Origin: an uncultured Flavobacteriales bacterium
GTDB taxonomy: Bacteria; Bacteroidota; Bacteroidia; Flavobacteriales; Schleiferiaceae
Reading direction: 5' to 3'
Length of the DNA: 64,000 bases
NCBI GenBank assembly: GCA_905478295.1
Contig: CAJQHZ010000059.1
Span: forward strand, 182-64,181
Position 1 is the stretch's first letter. The number at the start of each line of letters is the position of its first letter. The position numbers and the translations under genes are program-made. Shown here piece after piece: positions 46,225 through 56,853 of this stretch. Under the pieces are notes generated by a model. It worked only from the letters and a program-made list of their open reading frames with translations, was not told the DNA's origin and made no database searches.

Positions 46225-48169
46225 ATGCGAATAACGCATCTAAGGTACCCTGTGAGAGTGGGTGGTATGAAGGCCGTGCTTTTTTATAAATCTCACGTGC
46301 CCATTGCTGACGTTTCTCATCGCCGTTCAACATACTTTCATACATCGGCACAATAAATTTTCTGCGCCCCACCTTCACTAAAAACTCCTCCACTGTCTTC
46401 TTGTAGACAGCCCTGTCGTAACCCTCGTAATCTGTCTTTAAAATAGCTGAAAACCATGCGGCCACAATCTCGGGATTCGGACTTCCACTAAAACCGTAAT
46501 TCTCATCAGCTAATGCATAATGACCCACGGTTGCTCCACCTGCTTCTAGGCCGCGTATGTAACGTAACCACTCGTGGGTCGACCAAAACTTAGTGGTTTC
46601 AAATTCCGCATAGCACATCTCTTTCGCATCGGGTGTTTCAGGTGCAGTGCTCAGCATCATTTTCACAGCTTCGTCCACAATAAAGAATCGGTTGGATGCT
46701 GGGAATGGACAATTCATTGGAAGTCCTTTTCCATAGACCCATTGATCCACACCAATGGCATCCCACTGTTCTTGCGTCAATAGCTGCGCTAACTCCTGTA
46801 AAAACTGCTCCGTAACCATGGTTTTGAATCTATACTTCTCGAAATAACCTTTAATAAAGGCATCCCAAGTGTCTCGTCCCACTGTCTGCTCACACAATTT
46901 TAAGAAATGAAAACCCTTATCGTAGGCAATGGCATTTACGCCATCATCGGGATTTTTACCCGCCAAGTCTTGCTTTAAAATAGTCGCCTCCGGATCGTTC
47001 TCTAACATATGCGCCAATTCTTTTTGGAGATCATCATAACTCAATGCAACAAGCATATCCGAGAAATCGGGACCATAAACGCGCTCCATAATGCGCATTT
47101 CGAAATAGACGGTGAAGCCTTCGTTGAGCCAGAAATCGTTCCAAGTTCCATTGGTGACAAGATTCCCACTCCAACTGTGGGCCAATTCATGAGCAATGAG
47201 ACTCACTAAACTTAAATCCCCAACCACAACCGTGGGTGTAAGGAACGTCAAACGAGGGTTCTCCATTCCACCAAAGGGAAAACTCGGGGGCAATACCAGC
47301 ATATCGTAACGACCCCAATAATACGGTCCGTACAGTTCTTCGGCCTTTTCGATCATCTTCTCCGTCTGCCCAAATTCGAAGGCTGCATTGCGCACCATTT
47401 CGGGTTCAGCATACACGCCTGATCGTTCGCCTAATGCAATGAACTCAAGATCGCCCGCACCTAAAGCCATGAGATAACTAGGGATAGGCTGCGGCATCGT
47501 AAATTCATAACTACCTGTAGCTGATTTCTGCGTTGGATTTGAGGCACTCATTAGCGCTAACATCCCCTCCGGTACCTGCACTTTCGCGTTGTAGGTAAAG
47601 CGTACTCCTGGACGGTCCTGACAGGGAATCCAAGTACGCGCGAGAATAGCTTGACTCTGTGTAAATAGAAACGGCATACGCCCCCCTTGGGTCAATGCTG
47701 CAGGAAACCATTGCACCGCTTCCGCACCTTCTGTGGTAGAATACCTAATACTTACCTCTTTGGAAGCTGGACTAAGGTCATAAACGACCAAAGCAGAACC
47801 CAACAAATCGTCTTCCGCGTCAAAGCTCCACTGTGCTTCTTGGCCATCCAAAAGGACCGATTCAATCTGAAGCGCTTTCGTATCAAAAACCACCTGATCT
47901 CCATGGGTTTCAGATAACGTCCAAACAGCCGTCGCATGAATTTCTTGTGCTTCGAAATCCACTTTTGCGTCCCATTCGAGATGCGTTACCGTTGCCTCCG
48001 GCGTACTAAAGCTGTGCGGATCTACGAACAGCTCCGCCCGAAGCGTCGTATCGCCAATCATTGGTGGCCGCTCAGCAGACACTGTGTCCACAGTGGTCGT
48101 AGACTGGCAACTAAAAAGTGTGGCTAATGCTAAAAATGCTGTGAAAACGAGGCTCTTCATTCTTTCCAT
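46214..48169 (-). CDS. M1-family zinc aminopeptidase (leukotriene A4 hydrolase-like) lipoprotein
   Basis: HEXXH-18-E motif (HELAHSWSGN...WLNEGFTVYFE) and exopeptidase motif GGMEN. Start taken at MERMKSLVFTAFLALATLFSC (the ORF opens at 48232). Confidence 0.85.
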   Translation of the reverse strand: MERMKSLVFTAFLALATLFSCQSTTTVDTVSAERPPMIGDTTLRAELFVDPHSFSTPEATVTHLEWDAKVDFEAQEIHATAVWTLSETHGDQVVFDTKALQIESVLLDGQEAQWSFDAEDDLLGSALVVYDLSPASKEVSIRYSTTEGAEAVQWFPAALTQGGRMPFLFTQSQAILARTWIPCQDRPGVRFTYNAKVQVPEGMLALMSASNPTQKSATGSYEFTMPQPIPSYLMALGAGDLEFIALGERSGVYAEPEMVRNAAFEFGQTEKMIEKAEELYGPYYWGRYDMLVLPPSFPFGGMENPRLTFLTPTVVVGDLSLVSLIAHELAHSWSGNLVTNGTWNDFWLNEGFTVYFEMRIMERVYGPDFSDMLVALSYDDLQKELAHMLENDPEATILKQDLAGKNPDDGVNAIAYDKGFHFLKLCEQTVGRDTWDAFIKGYFEKYRFKTMVTEQFLQELAQLLTQEQWDAIGVDQWVYGKGLPMNCPFPASNRFFIVDEAVKMMLSTAPETPDAKEMCYAEFETTKFWSTHEWLRYIRGLEAGGATVGHYALADENYGFSGSPNPEIVAAWFSAILKTDYEGYDRAVYKKTVEEFLVKVGRRKFIVPMYESMLNGDEKRQQWAREIYKKARPSYHPLSQGTLDALFASNE

Positions 48170-48189
48170 TTTATGTACTTTTCGAAAAA

Positions 48190-48561
48190 GTGAATATACC
48201 GCACATGAGACAAAAACCTGGACTTCTTTCAAGACTTGTTGTGAGCTCCATTGCCGTTTTTCTGGCCGATTGGATGCTTCCCGGTGTGTACATCAGTAGT
48301 TTTTCTACTGCGGTTGGTGTTGCCATTGTGCTGGGACTACTGAATGCCACGTTGAAACCACTGCTGATCATCATTACCATACCCCTAACCTTTATGAGTT
48401 TAGGACTCTTCTTATTGATCATTAATGCCATTATAATTGGGGTCGCAGACCAATGGATCGATGGTCTTGAAGTAGCAAGCGTGTGGACGGCCATTCTGTT
48501 CAGTCTGCTCGTCTCATCGATTAGCTCTTGGATGTACCGTTACGGTGAGCGTCAGGGTTAA
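48190..48561 (+). CDS. Small four-TM membrane protein (phage holin family IV / YvlD-like)
   Basis: 123 aa (or a start at M6, 48205). ...IAVFLADWMLPGVYISSF..A.....LGLLNATLKPLL.I.T.P...ITLGLF..IINA... is the DUF360-type pattern. Confidence 0.6.
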   Translation: MNIPHMRQKPGLLSRLVVSSIAVFLADWMLPGVYISSFSTAVGVAIVLGLLNATLKPLLIIITIPLTFMSLGLFLLIINAIIIGVADQWIDGLEVASVWTAILFSLLVSSISSWMYRYGERQG

Positions 48562-49346
48562 AGCACTTTTTTCTCCCAATGCGCTTTAATGCTAAAGGTA
48601 CTGGATGCCAATGCCAGAAAACTGGGCGTGGCATCGCTCAAATAATAGGTTGTGCTCCCTGATCCGTCAACAGCAGCATCCAACACCGAATCTACGGCTT
48701 CTGCTACTATAGCGGGCGCATCGATCCAATCCACACCGGGGCGTAATTTCGCTGCCGCCTCGCGCAAAAGCGGGTAATGCGTGCAACCCGGTACTATTGC
48801 TTCAATACCATTCAAAGAAGGATCGTTTAAATAGTGCTCGAGCACACTTTCCTCTATTCCCGAACCTAAAAATCCGTCTTCAATGAGCGGCACCAGCAAA
48901 GGTGTAGGCAATGCCACTAATTCGTGTGGCACCTTAAATGCCGCTAAGCGTTTTGCATAGGCGCCGCTTCGCACAGTCGCGCGCGTTCCTAACAAAGCTG
49001 TTTTCCGTGGAACACTTCCCGCTAATGCGGCCACCACAGGGTCAATCACATTGATAAAGGTCAAATCAGGAAAGGATTCTTCAAGCATCGAACCTGCCGC
49101 AGCACTCGCGCTATTACAAGCAATAACAATCACGTCGCAACCTTGAGCCGCCAAGAATCCAACAATCTCTCGACTGAAGCTTCGAATGGCCTCGTCACTT
49201 TTATCGCCATACGGTAAATGAAGCGTATCACCATAATACACCTTATCCACGCCAGGTAGTTTTTCTTCCAATGCATGCAGCACGGTAAGACCGCCTAAGC
49301 CGCTGTCGAATAATCCTATTTTGCGTTGCTTATTCACAGCATGCAA
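48558..49346 (-). CDS. murI: Glutamate racemase
   Basis: 262 aa. IGLFDSGLGGLTV, and catalytic Cys motifs ACNSAS and GCTHYPLL. Confidence 0.95.
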   Translation of the reverse strand: MHAVNKQRKIGLFDSGLGGLTVLHALEEKLPGVDKVYYGDTLHLPYGDKSDEAIRSFSREIVGFLAAQGCDVIVIACNSASAAAGSMLEESFPDLTFINVIDPVVAALAGSVPRKTALLGTRATVRSGAYAKRLAAFKVPHELVALPTPLLVPLIEDGFLGSGIEESVLEHYLNDPSLNGIEAIVPGCTHYPLLREAAAKLRPGVDWIDAPAIVAEAVDSVLDAAVDGSGSTTYYLSDATPSFLALASSTFSIKAHWEKKVL

Positions 49347-49350
49347 AATA

Positions 49351-49390
49351 CCAAATAAAAAGCCCTCCGCGAGCTGCGCTCGCGGAGGGC
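49351..49390 (-). terminator. Intrinsic terminator after the second ompH gene
   Basis: 13-bp stem GCCCTCCGCGAGC/GCTCGCGGAGGGC with a 3-nt loop, followed by UUUUUAUUU on the minus-strand RNA. Confidence 0.8.
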
Positions 49391-49412
49391 TTGAAAATAT
49401 TTTTTTTCCGGC

Positions 49413-49922
49413 TTAGTTGATGCCTAATTCCGCCTTTACCAGCGGCAAGATATCCTCACCACCGTCAAGATAAATCACTACTGCTTTAGATGCCGATGCA
49501 TCAAGAATATAGGTAAAACCATTAGCTGAAGCTACCTTTTCTACTGCCCCTTGCGCTTTCTCGCTGATTGGCAACATAAGATCCATCTGCTTGCGCTGCA
49601 ACTCTTGTTGCGCACTTTGGTTAAACTGCTGAATACGCTGACCCATAGTCTGCAACTCCTCGTTTTCCTTCTGAAGGCGCAATTCTGTCCAAGTATCCAT
49701 GTTAGCTTGAGCGTTTTGCAATTTCGTCATGTATTCTTCCTGCATGGCTGTAGCATCACTTTCCAACTGGCCAGCATACTTTTCTATTTCAGCTTGTGCT
49801 GAAAGGTATTCTGGCATTACAGAAATTAGTTCATCTACATTGATGTGACCTACTTTTTGCTGGGCAACTGCGGTTCCTGCGAAGCCTAAGGTCAAGGCGA
49901 TTGCGAGTAATACTCTTTTCAT
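49413..49922 (-). CDS. OmpH/Skp-family periplasmic chaperone
   Basis: 169 aa. Signal peptide and a Q/E/L-rich coiled-coil core. Located downstream of bamA. Confidence 0.85.
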   Translation of the reverse strand: MKRVLLAIALTLGFAGTAVAQQKVGHINVDELISVMPEYLSAQAEIEKYAGQLESDATAMQEEYMTKLQNAQANMDTWTELRLQKENEELQTMGQRIQQFNQSAQQELQRKQMDLMLPISEKAQGAVEKVASANGFTYILDASASKAVVIYLDGGEDILPLVKAELGIN

Positions 49923-49933
49923 TGTCTGTTGAT

Positions 49934-50437
49934 TTATTTCTTTAAACTATTTAAAACTTCCTCGCTGTAGTCTTTCTCCTTTTTGACAAAGAGCACACCA
50001 CTTTGAGCACTTTTATCCAGTACCAGTTCTAATTTACGCTTCTGAGCCAATGCCTGAACCGCGCCAAAAACTTTGTCCTGAATGGGCTGGACCAATTGTG
50101 TTCGCTTTTCAAAGAGCAAACCTTCTGGTCCAAAATATTTCTGTTGCAAAGCAAGCACTTCTTCTGCTTTCTGCACAATAGCTGCTTTGCGTTTTTCTAA
50201 ATTTTCTGGGGAAAGCAATATTTGCTCTGCCGCCAATGCATCTTTTAAACTCTGTAAATCACTCTGCAGCGCACTTACTTCACCGGCCCATTGGGTACTC
50301 AGCTGATCTACTTGAGCTTTTGCCTGTGCATATTCAGGTAAATTCTTCAAGATGTAATCCGTATCCACAACACCATAGCGCTGCGCCATTAGCGATGTGG
50401 AAAAGAGTACAGCAAGAAATAATCCTATTTTTTTCAC
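49934..50437 (-). CDS. OmpH/Skp-family periplasmic chaperone (tandem paralog)
   Basis: 167 aa. Signal peptide and a coiled-coil core. Located directly downstream of bamA. Confidence 0.85.
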   Translation of the reverse strand: MKKIGLFLAVLFSTSLMAQRYGVVDTDYILKNLPEYAQAKAQVDQLSTQWAGEVSALQSDLQSLKDALAAEQILLSPENLEKRKAAIVQKAEEVLALQQKYFGPEGLLFEKRTQLVQPIQDKVFGAVQALAQKRKLELVLDKSAQSGVLFVKKEKDYSEEVLNSLKK

Positions 50438-50456
50438 GGGTTTGAAGGTACTTCAA

Positions 50457-52925
50457 TTAGAACTGTTGTCCAATGATGAAATGCGTCTGCCATCCACTTG
50501 CCGCTGCACCATTAGGCTCAGGGTCAAATCCATAAGCAACATCTACTCCCATCAATCCGAACATAGGCATGAAAATACGCAAACCTGCACCTGCACTACG
50601 CTTCAAATTAAACGCACGGTAGTCCCAGAAATTATCGTAGTTGTTACCACCTTCCATAAAGATGAGCGGGAAGACTTGTGCCGAAGGATTGTTAGCAATG
50701 ATGTAACGCATCTCGAACACGTATTTATTGTAAAGTGCACCACCACCGCCAGGCGTGATCGAATTATTAGTGTATCCACGAAGACCTATGATTTCGCGAC
50801 CGTCGATTACGAAATTGGCCAGTCCATCACCACCCACATAGAAACGTTCAAACGGCGGTAAACCTAAGTCCTTGTTGTAGCTCCCTAAATAACCGAACTC
50901 TCCATGCGTACGGATCACTAATTTTGAAGTGATCGGCGCAAACCAATCCGCATTCAATTTCCACTTATGGTATTCCACTAATTTGAAGCGCTCCTCCGAA
51001 GAAAGACTCTTATAATCGATGTCATCTCGCAACAAGCTAAAGGGTGGAGTCAATTCCGCAGCGAAACTGATCTGTGAACCACGCGTTGGGAAAATTGGTA
51101 CATCTGTATTGTTTCTGCCCAACGTGAATTTGTAGTTAACATTGTTTGAGATTCCTTTGTTGTAGTTCAAGAATCCGGTTGGGAAGTTGTTCAAGTTAAA
51201 GCGACGGAATTCCAAACCTTGGTATAGGGTGAAATAATCATCCGGCCACTTTAAACGTTGACCCAATCCAAAGTTAATACCTGTAATCAATAGACTTTGG
51301 CGGTTCGGATCGCTTGCCTGTACACCGTTGCTTTGGACATTGTGGTAGATTGTTCCTGTGAAACTGTTCGGCTTTTTACCTCCTAACCACGGCTCCGTGA
51401 AAGAGGCATTGTAGCTTTGGAAATACAGTCCATTTGACTGCGCGCGAATATTAATAGTCTGACCGTCACCGGTGGGTAAAGGCTGCCAAGCCCGCTTATT
51501 ACCGATGTTTTTTGCGGAGAAGTTGTTGAAGTTCAAACCCAGTGTACCGACCACACGGTTTGCACCCCATCCACCCTGAAGCTCAAGCTGTGAGGTAGAT
51601 TTTTCAACAACAGTATATTCAAGATCTACCGTACCTGTTTGAGGATCTGGCACCGGATTTACACCAATCTGCGTTTGATCGAAATAACCCAATTGCGATA
51701 ACTCACGAATGGTACGCTGGATCATTGCCTTCGAAAACAAATCGCCTGGGCGAGTTCTCACTTCACGATAGATCACGTGGTCGTTTGTACGCTCATTACC
51801 CGTAATGCTCACTTTGCGAATCGTAGCCTGACGGCCTTCTTGAATGCGAATTTCTACATCAATAGTATCGTTCTGAACATTCTTTTCGATAGGAACCACT
51901 TGAGAGAAGAGGTATCCATTATTCAAATATATAGAGGCAACGTCGTTTCCATTTGCATCGAAGCTCACGCGTTCGTTTAAATGCTGACTATCGTAAATAT
52001 CGCCGCGATTGATTTTCAAAATGCTGCGCAACAAGGGCGTATCGTATTTCGTATTCCCTACAAACGAGATGTCTCCGAAATAATATTTACGACCTTCTTC
52101 TACTGTAATTTCAATGTTGATGAGTTCGTCGTCTACACGATAGTTCGTATCGCGAATGATACGTGCATCGCGGTAACCCATGCCGTTGTATTTCGCTACT
52201 AATGCACGTAAATCTTCACGGTATTCCTTTTTACGAAGCTTTGAGACTTTAAAGATGGCTTTACCTTTCATCTTTGTGTTCTTCATTGCTTTCAACAGGA
52301 CCTTATCCGCCACCGCTTCATTTCCAACAAAGGAAATTTCTCCAATTTTCACACGTTCGCCTGACTTGACTTTAAATCCTAAAATGACCGCGTTATTAAA
52401 CGATGTATCACGTTCCTGGGTAATGTCGACGGAGGCGTTTAAATAACCTTTTTCGCGGAAATACGATTGAATCTTATTTCGACTCATGACCACAAGATTC
52501 TCATTCACCACTTTTCCAGCGCGCAGGTCTAACTCTTCGCGAATGTCGTCCTTCCAGGTTTTTTTAACGCCTGTGATAAAATACTTACTCATCTTTGGCA
52601 ATTCCTTAAGACGGATATCCAGATAGACTTTTTTCCCGCTCTTATTTACTACACTAAAGGTGATATTCTCGAAAAGTTGCTGGCGCCATAGCGTGCGGAT
52701 GGCATCTGATATCTTTGGATCAGGGAATTGAATATTATCGCCTACACGAATATTAGTCAGCATGATCACGACGTTCGGATCTAAATCCTGCACGCCACTC
52801 ACCGTTATACCGGCTACCTCGTAGTCAATTCCTGGAATGAGGCCAAAATCACCGTTTTGAACCACTTGCGCAGTGGTTGTGAAAGCAACTAGGGTAAGTA
52901 TAAGTGCCCAAAGGGTATTCTTCAT
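50457..52925 (-). CDS. bamA: Outer membrane protein assembly factor BamA
   Basis: 822 aa. Signal peptide, five POTRA-length repeats, and a C-terminal beta-barrel ending ...THFIIGQQF. Sits in the uppS-bamA-ompH synteny. Confidence 0.9.
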   Translation of the reverse strand: MKNTLWALILTLVAFTTTAQVVQNGDFGLIPGIDYEVAGITVSGVQDLDPNVVIMLTNIRVGDNIQFPDPKISDAIRTLWRQQLFENITFSVVNKSGKKVYLDIRLKELPKMSKYFITGVKKTWKDDIREELDLRAGKVVNENLVVMSRNKIQSYFREKGYLNASVDITQERDTSFNNAVILGFKVKSGERVKIGEISFVGNEAVADKVLLKAMKNTKMKGKAIFKVSKLRKKEYREDLRALVAKYNGMGYRDARIIRDTNYRVDDELINIEITVEEGRKYYFGDISFVGNTKYDTPLLRSILKINRGDIYDSQHLNERVSFDANGNDVASIYLNNGYLFSQVVPIEKNVQNDTIDVEIRIQEGRQATIRKVSITGNERTNDHVIYREVRTRPGDLFSKAMIQRTIRELSQLGYFDQTQIGVNPVPDPQTGTVDLEYTVVEKSTSQLELQGGWGANRVVGTLGLNFNNFSAKNIGNKRAWQPLPTGDGQTINIRAQSNGLYFQSYNASFTEPWLGGKKPNSFTGTIYHNVQSNGVQASDPNRQSLLITGINFGLGQRLKWPDDYFTLYQGLEFRRFNLNNFPTGFLNYNKGISNNVNYKFTLGRNNTDVPIFPTRGSQISFAAELTPPFSLLRDDIDYKSLSSEERFKLVEYHKWKLNADWFAPITSKLVIRTHGEFGYLGSYNKDLGLPPFERFYVGGDGLANFVIDGREIIGLRGYTNNSITPGGGGALYNKYVFEMRYIIANNPSAQVFPLIFMEGGNNYDNFWDYRAFNLKRSAGAGLRIFMPMFGLMGVDVAYGFDPEPNGAAASGWQTHFIIGQQF

Positions 52926-52929
52926 GTCT

Positions 52930-53715
52930 TTAATCTGCCGTTAACTGTTCTGTGGTTTGCCCGAACCTGCGCTCTCGTTTTTGAAAAGCCGCAATAGCAT
53001 CGTACAAACCGGTCGCGTCGAAATCTGGCCACAAAACAGGCGTGAAATACAACTCGGCATAAGCCAGTTGCCACAACATATAGTTGCTGATTCGCTGCTC
53101 GCCACTGGTTCTGATCATGAGATCCGGATGTGGCATTCCGGCCGTAAACAAATGTTGTTCCACTGCCGCTTCATTAATATCCGCCGGAAGTATTAGTCCT
53201 TCAGCAACATCTTGAGCAATCTTGCGAATGGCTTGCACCATTTCATCCTGTGAGCCGTAACTCAACGCAAGCGTCAAAGTTAACCCATCATTCTTTGCTG
53301 TAGCCTGAATAACAGACATTAACTTTTTATTTGCTTTTGTCGGCAGCGTATCTACGTTACCGATGGCACAGAGACGCACATTATTGCCCATTAGTGTGGG
53401 CAATTCCTTCTCTAGCGCAGTCATCAGAATATTCATTAATGCATCTACTTCCGCCTTCGGTCGATTCCAGTTTTCAGTAGAAAAGGCATAAACGGTAAGG
53501 TAGCTTAAACCTAATTCGGCCGATGCCGTAGTTATTCTTCTTAATGCCTCTACACCTACTTCATGGCCACGAACCCGCGACCTAAAACCTTGCTGTTTCG
53601 CCCAGCGACCATTGCCGTCCATAATGACTGCAATATGCTCCGGCATATGCTTAGGGTCTAACCCGGCTTTAAGCCGATTAGCTTTAAAAACTTTAGAATC
53701 CACTGCAGCGTTCAT
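52930..53715 (-). CDS. uppS: Isoprenyl transferase (undecaprenyl-diphosphate synthase)
   Basis: 261 aa. HIAVIMDGNGRWA, ...FSTENW.RP..EV..LM, and ...RTSGEQRISN..LWQ.AY.E. Confidence 0.95.
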   Translation of the reverse strand: MNAAVDSKVFKANRLKAGLDPKHMPEHIAVIMDGNGRWAKQQGFRSRVRGHEVGVEALRRITTASAELGLSYLTVYAFSTENWNRPKAEVDALMNILMTALEKELPTLMGNNVRLCAIGNVDTLPTKANKKLMSVIQATAKNDGLTLTLALSYGSQDEMVQAIRKIAQDVAEGLILPADINEAAVEQHLFTAGMPHPDLMIRTSGEQRISNYMLWQLAYAELYFTPVLWPDFDATGLYDAIAAFQKRERRFGQTTEQLTAD

Positions 53716-54514
53716 CTCGAGGACTTAGGTTGTAAAATAGGGTCAGTCCGGCAAAAATAGTCCAATCTCGCTGTTCAGCAGTGCCTCGAGCCAATCCATT
53801 TGAATAAGAGACGTTTCCAGGGTTTGAAAAATAGGCTGCTACTGCACTTCGCTCCTCCTCTAATGCCGCGGCATCAACAAAATCTCCGCTGGTATCGTCC
53901 ATGTAATCGGTACCGTACCTACGCCAGCCTAATTCCGCCGTTAGACTAAAATCACGGCCTAAACTCTGGCGATAGCCCATGCCAAAAGGAACGGTGATCG
54001 TGGCATTGCCGTAGAACAGTTGATCACTCAGTTCCGTCTGCTGACCCTCCGTACCTAACTCACGTAGATTGTGCCATTCCTCTTGGTAAAAACCTTGAGG
54101 ATTATAAAAGGTTAAGCCCAATCCTCCGAACACATAAAAAGAACGCTTGAATTTCGTACCTGTTCCATACGGCCAGAAATTAAATTCGGTCATATAGCTG
54201 AATTCGGAAATTTCTGTACGGAAAGTAATCTCTCGATTTAATTTAAAATCATCTTTCGACCAAGCATCAGAGGCGCCTACGTAGCCACGATAATAATTCA
54301 TTCGTGTACTCCAATGCCAATTGTATTGACGACGTAAGGTGATTTGACCCACAGGTTGGTTTGGCAAGAATCCATACACCCCCTGAGCATTGGTTCCAAC
54401 CGCACCGACATCGCCATGAAACAATGTTCCAGAACCGCCTAAACCCAACTCATAAAATTGGGCATGAAGGAAAGAACTGCTGAAAAGCAGGAAGTAAAGG
54501 AGTACTTTTTTCAT
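53693..54514 (-). CDS. Outer-membrane beta-barrel protein (DUF6089-like)
   Basis: 273 aa. Signal peptide ...SSSFLHAQ, alternating aromatic/Gly beta-strand pattern, and a C-terminal F. Conserved position between nadK and uppS in Flavobacteriia. Confidence 0.6.
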   Translation of the reverse strand: MKKVLLYFLLFSSSFLHAQFYELGLGGSGTLFHGDVGAVGTNAQGVYGFLPNQPVGQITLRRQYNWHWSTRMNYYRGYVGASDAWSKDDFKLNREITFRTEISEFSYMTEFNFWPYGTGTKFKRSFYVFGGLGLTFYNPQGFYQEEWHNLRELGTEGQQTELSDQLFYGNATITVPFGMGYRQSLGRDFSLTAELGWRRYGTDYMDDTSGDFVDAAALEEERSAVAAYFSNPGNVSYSNGLARGTAEQRDWTIFAGLTLFYNLSPRDERCSGF

Positions 54515-54517
54515 GAA

Positions 54518-55408
54518 TTAATTCCTGTAATCTAATCCCCAGCTTAATTTATTCCGGAGTGTAGATGGGAAATCTTGTAGCTCAGTTTGCACTAATGCGA
54601 TGCGAAAATCGGCCTTTTGAATGAAGAGTTCCGTGGTCGCATCAAAACTATGTATCCGACTGTCCAATGATGTTAAAAATTCGTTTTCCCGACTTTCTAT
54701 GCGAAGGCGGAGGGTGTTATTGTCAGAGATAACGAAGGGACGCATGGTCAAATTGTGCGGCGCAATAGGAGTAAGGACAAAATTTTCACTATTCGGCATT
54801 ATAATGGGGCCGCCACAACTCAAACTATACCCTGTGGAACCTGTCGGCGTGCTCACTATTAAGCCATCCGCCCAGTAACTGTTTAAATACGCACCGTTCA
54901 GATAGGTATGCACAGTAATCATGCTGGTCGTTTCCTTCCTTGCAATAGTAATCTCATTTAACGCGAAATTCGGCTTGACCACACGGTTACACGAGGTGCG
55001 AATCTGTAACAGTGAACGAAAGTCCAATTGGAATCTACCGCTAAAAAGCGCATCTAATGAAGTCTCAATATTACTTTTCGCTACGTTCGCAAGAAATCCT
55101 AATCGGCCCATATTGATTCCTAAAATAGGAATGTCTTTATTCTGAATGAGTACCGTTGCATCGAGAATAGTTCCGTCGCCCCCCAAAGAAATGAGGAAAT
55201 GCGGATCGAAATTTTCCAATTCTTCCTCGTCCGCAAACGTTGAGAAATGCATTTCGGGAAACTCTTCCGCTTTAATTTCGTCACAGGCCCCAACCATGGT
55301 ATGATATACTGCAAAATCAACGCCTTCTTCGACCAACTTCTCTAACACCAACTCTAAGTAAGGCAGGTTCGTGGCTTTCGGGGTGCGTCCAAAGAGTGCT
55401 ATTCTCAT
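54518..55408 (-). CDS. nadK: NAD kinase
   Basis: 296 aa. GGDGT motif (SLGGDGTILDA), plus ...NMGRLGFL... and ...DGLIVSTPTGSTGYSLSCGGPI. Confidence 0.9.
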   Translation of the reverse strand: MRIALFGRTPKATNLPYLELVLEKLVEEGVDFAVYHTMVGACDEIKAEEFPEMHFSTFADEEELENFDPHFLISLGGDGTILDATVLIQNKDIPILGINMGRLGFLANVAKSNIETSLDALFSGRFQLDFRSLLQIRTSCNRVVKPNFALNEITIARKETTSMITVHTYLNGAYLNSYWADGLIVSTPTGSTGYSLSCGGPIIMPNSENFVLTPIAPHNLTMRPFVISDNNTLRLRIESRENEFLTSLDSRIHSFDATTELFIQKADFRIALVQTELQDFPSTLRNKLSWGLDYRN

Positions 55409-56073
55409 GAGTACTTCAAATAGTTCATTAAATGGTCGTAACGTTCACGGTAATCGGTATCGTACGATTCATCGCCAAAGATACCTTCTATTTCGTAGCC
55501 ATAGCGTTGTAAACTCTTGATAATAGGCGCTGTATGTTCTAAATTAACCTTCAATGTCAGCTGCAGAGCGGTTTCGTTCGCTTGATGTGTCATCCATAGC
55601 CCTAGGAGCTTGGCATCATTGTGTTCTACAGCGTGTGCGATGTCGATAACGCTGTATCGGTCCGCTGTAATACTCACCACGAGAATGGCACCCGATTGAA
55701 GCAGTGTAGGCGTTGCTCTGAAAAACTCTAAAATATCAGTTAATAAATACGAATTGACATAACGTCCTTCTTTATTCACTACGGGTACCAGCGTAATTCT
55801 GTGCTGAGTGCAGACTTCCAGGATCTCGAAAAAATGAGCACCTTCTGTAACATGAGGCACAAAAGCAGGGCGTAAAGCACTCTGTATATGCGACGTATCG
55901 TCTTGGGTTTCATAAAGCGCATCTTCGCTCAAAAGCCCAGCATACATACCTTCATTCGTAACCACGGGAAGGTGGCTAATTTTAAGATCCTCCATGAACT
56001 CCAATGCCTCGGCTATTGTTGTCTCAAGGATAATCCCCTTGATGGGTTCTGTATGTAGTGTTTCTTGTAACAT
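55405..56073 (-). CDS. CBS-domain protein
   Basis: Start taken at MLQETLH (56073; the ORF opens at 56124 and would then overlap pdxJ). Has paired CBS motifs (...ISHLPVV..., ...ITLVPVV...). The stop overlaps the nadK ATG by 4 nt. Confidence 0.75.
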   Translation of the reverse strand: MLQETLHTEPIKGIILETTIAEALEFMEDLKISHLPVVTNEGMYAGLLSEDALYETQDDTSHIQSALRPAFVPHVTEGAHFFEILEVCTQHRITLVPVVNKEGRYVNSYLLTDILEFFRATPTLLQSGAILVVSITADRYSVIDIAHAVEHNDAKLLGLWMTHQANETALQLTLKVNLEHTAPIIKSLQRYGYEIEGIFGDESYDTDYRERYDHLMNYLKYS

Positions 56074-56099
56074 TTCATAACAAACATAGCCCTTTTCTT

Positions 56100-56107
56100 T
56101 AGCTTTG
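56100..56107 (+). promoter_or_regulatory. Bacteroidota -7 promoter box (TAnnTTTG), 5 nt before the pdxJ start codon
   Basis: Exact TAGCTTTG, then ccccc, then ATG at 56113. Confidence 0.35.
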
Positions 56108-56112
56108 CCCCC

Positions 56113-56853
56113 ATGAACGATCACACAAAACTCAGCGTAAATATCAATAAGATTGCTACCCTTCGCAATGCAAGAGGCGGCGATGTACCTAGTGTTTTAA
56201 AAGTCGCACTCGATTGCGAGCGTTTTGGAGCCGAAGGAATTACCGTACACCCAAGGCCTGATCAGCGTCACATTCGCTACAGCGATGTGGCAGATTTAGC
56301 TCCTGCGGTGACCACAGAATTCAATATCGAAGGGTATCCTAACGAAGAATTTATTGCGCTTGTGCTGGCACATCGACCTGCACAAGTAACGCTAGTGCCC
56401 GACCCCCCGGGTGTTTTAACTTCCAATGCAGGATGGAACGCCATTCAGCACAAAGAACTACTGACCGAAGTAATCGGAACTTTTAAAGATGCTGGAATTC
56501 GCACTTCCATTTTTATTGAAACCGATCACGAGCAAATTGCAGCCGCAAAAGCTACAGGTACAGATCGAATCGAATTGTACACGGAATCATATGCCGTCGG
56601 TTATGCAAAAGATAGGGCCGCCGCAGTTGCTCCTTATGTGAGCAGCGCAGCCTTTGCAAAAAGTATTGGCCTAGGTGTGAATGCCGGACACGACCTTAAC
56701 CTAGAGAACCTCAGCTACTTTTCCCAAAAGCTTCATGGCACTCTAGACGAGGTAAGCATTGGTCACGCATTGATCGCTGATGCACTTTATTTAGGACTTC
56801 ACAATACCATTCAACAATACAGAACCTGTTTGAACCCGACCGCATGGAAGTAG
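56113..56853 (+). CDS. pdxJ: Pyridoxine 5'-phosphate synthase
   Basis: 246 aa. [17 protein letters not shown]...[13 protein letters not shown]...EGYP... Confidence 0.95.
   Translation: MNDHTKLSVNINKIATLRNARGGDVPSVLKVALDCERFGAEGITVHPRPDQRHIRYSDVADLAPAVTTEFNIEGYPNEEFIALVLAHRPAQVTLVPDPPGVLTSNAGWNAIQHKELLTEVIGTFKDAGIRTSIFIETDHEQIAAAKATGTDRIELYTESYAVGYAKDRAAAVAPYVSSAAFAKSIGLGVNAGHDLNLENLSYFSQKLHGTLDEVSIGHALIADALYLGLHNTIQQYRTCLNPTAWK

Noticed and set aside
50397-50861. 154-aa plus-strand ORF, and similar long antisense ORFs inside gldM (26621..27022) and the low-complexity gene (14440..15159)
   Set aside because: They are antisense to confidently identified genes, their translations are compositionally odd, and they have no start context. 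They are shadow ORFs.
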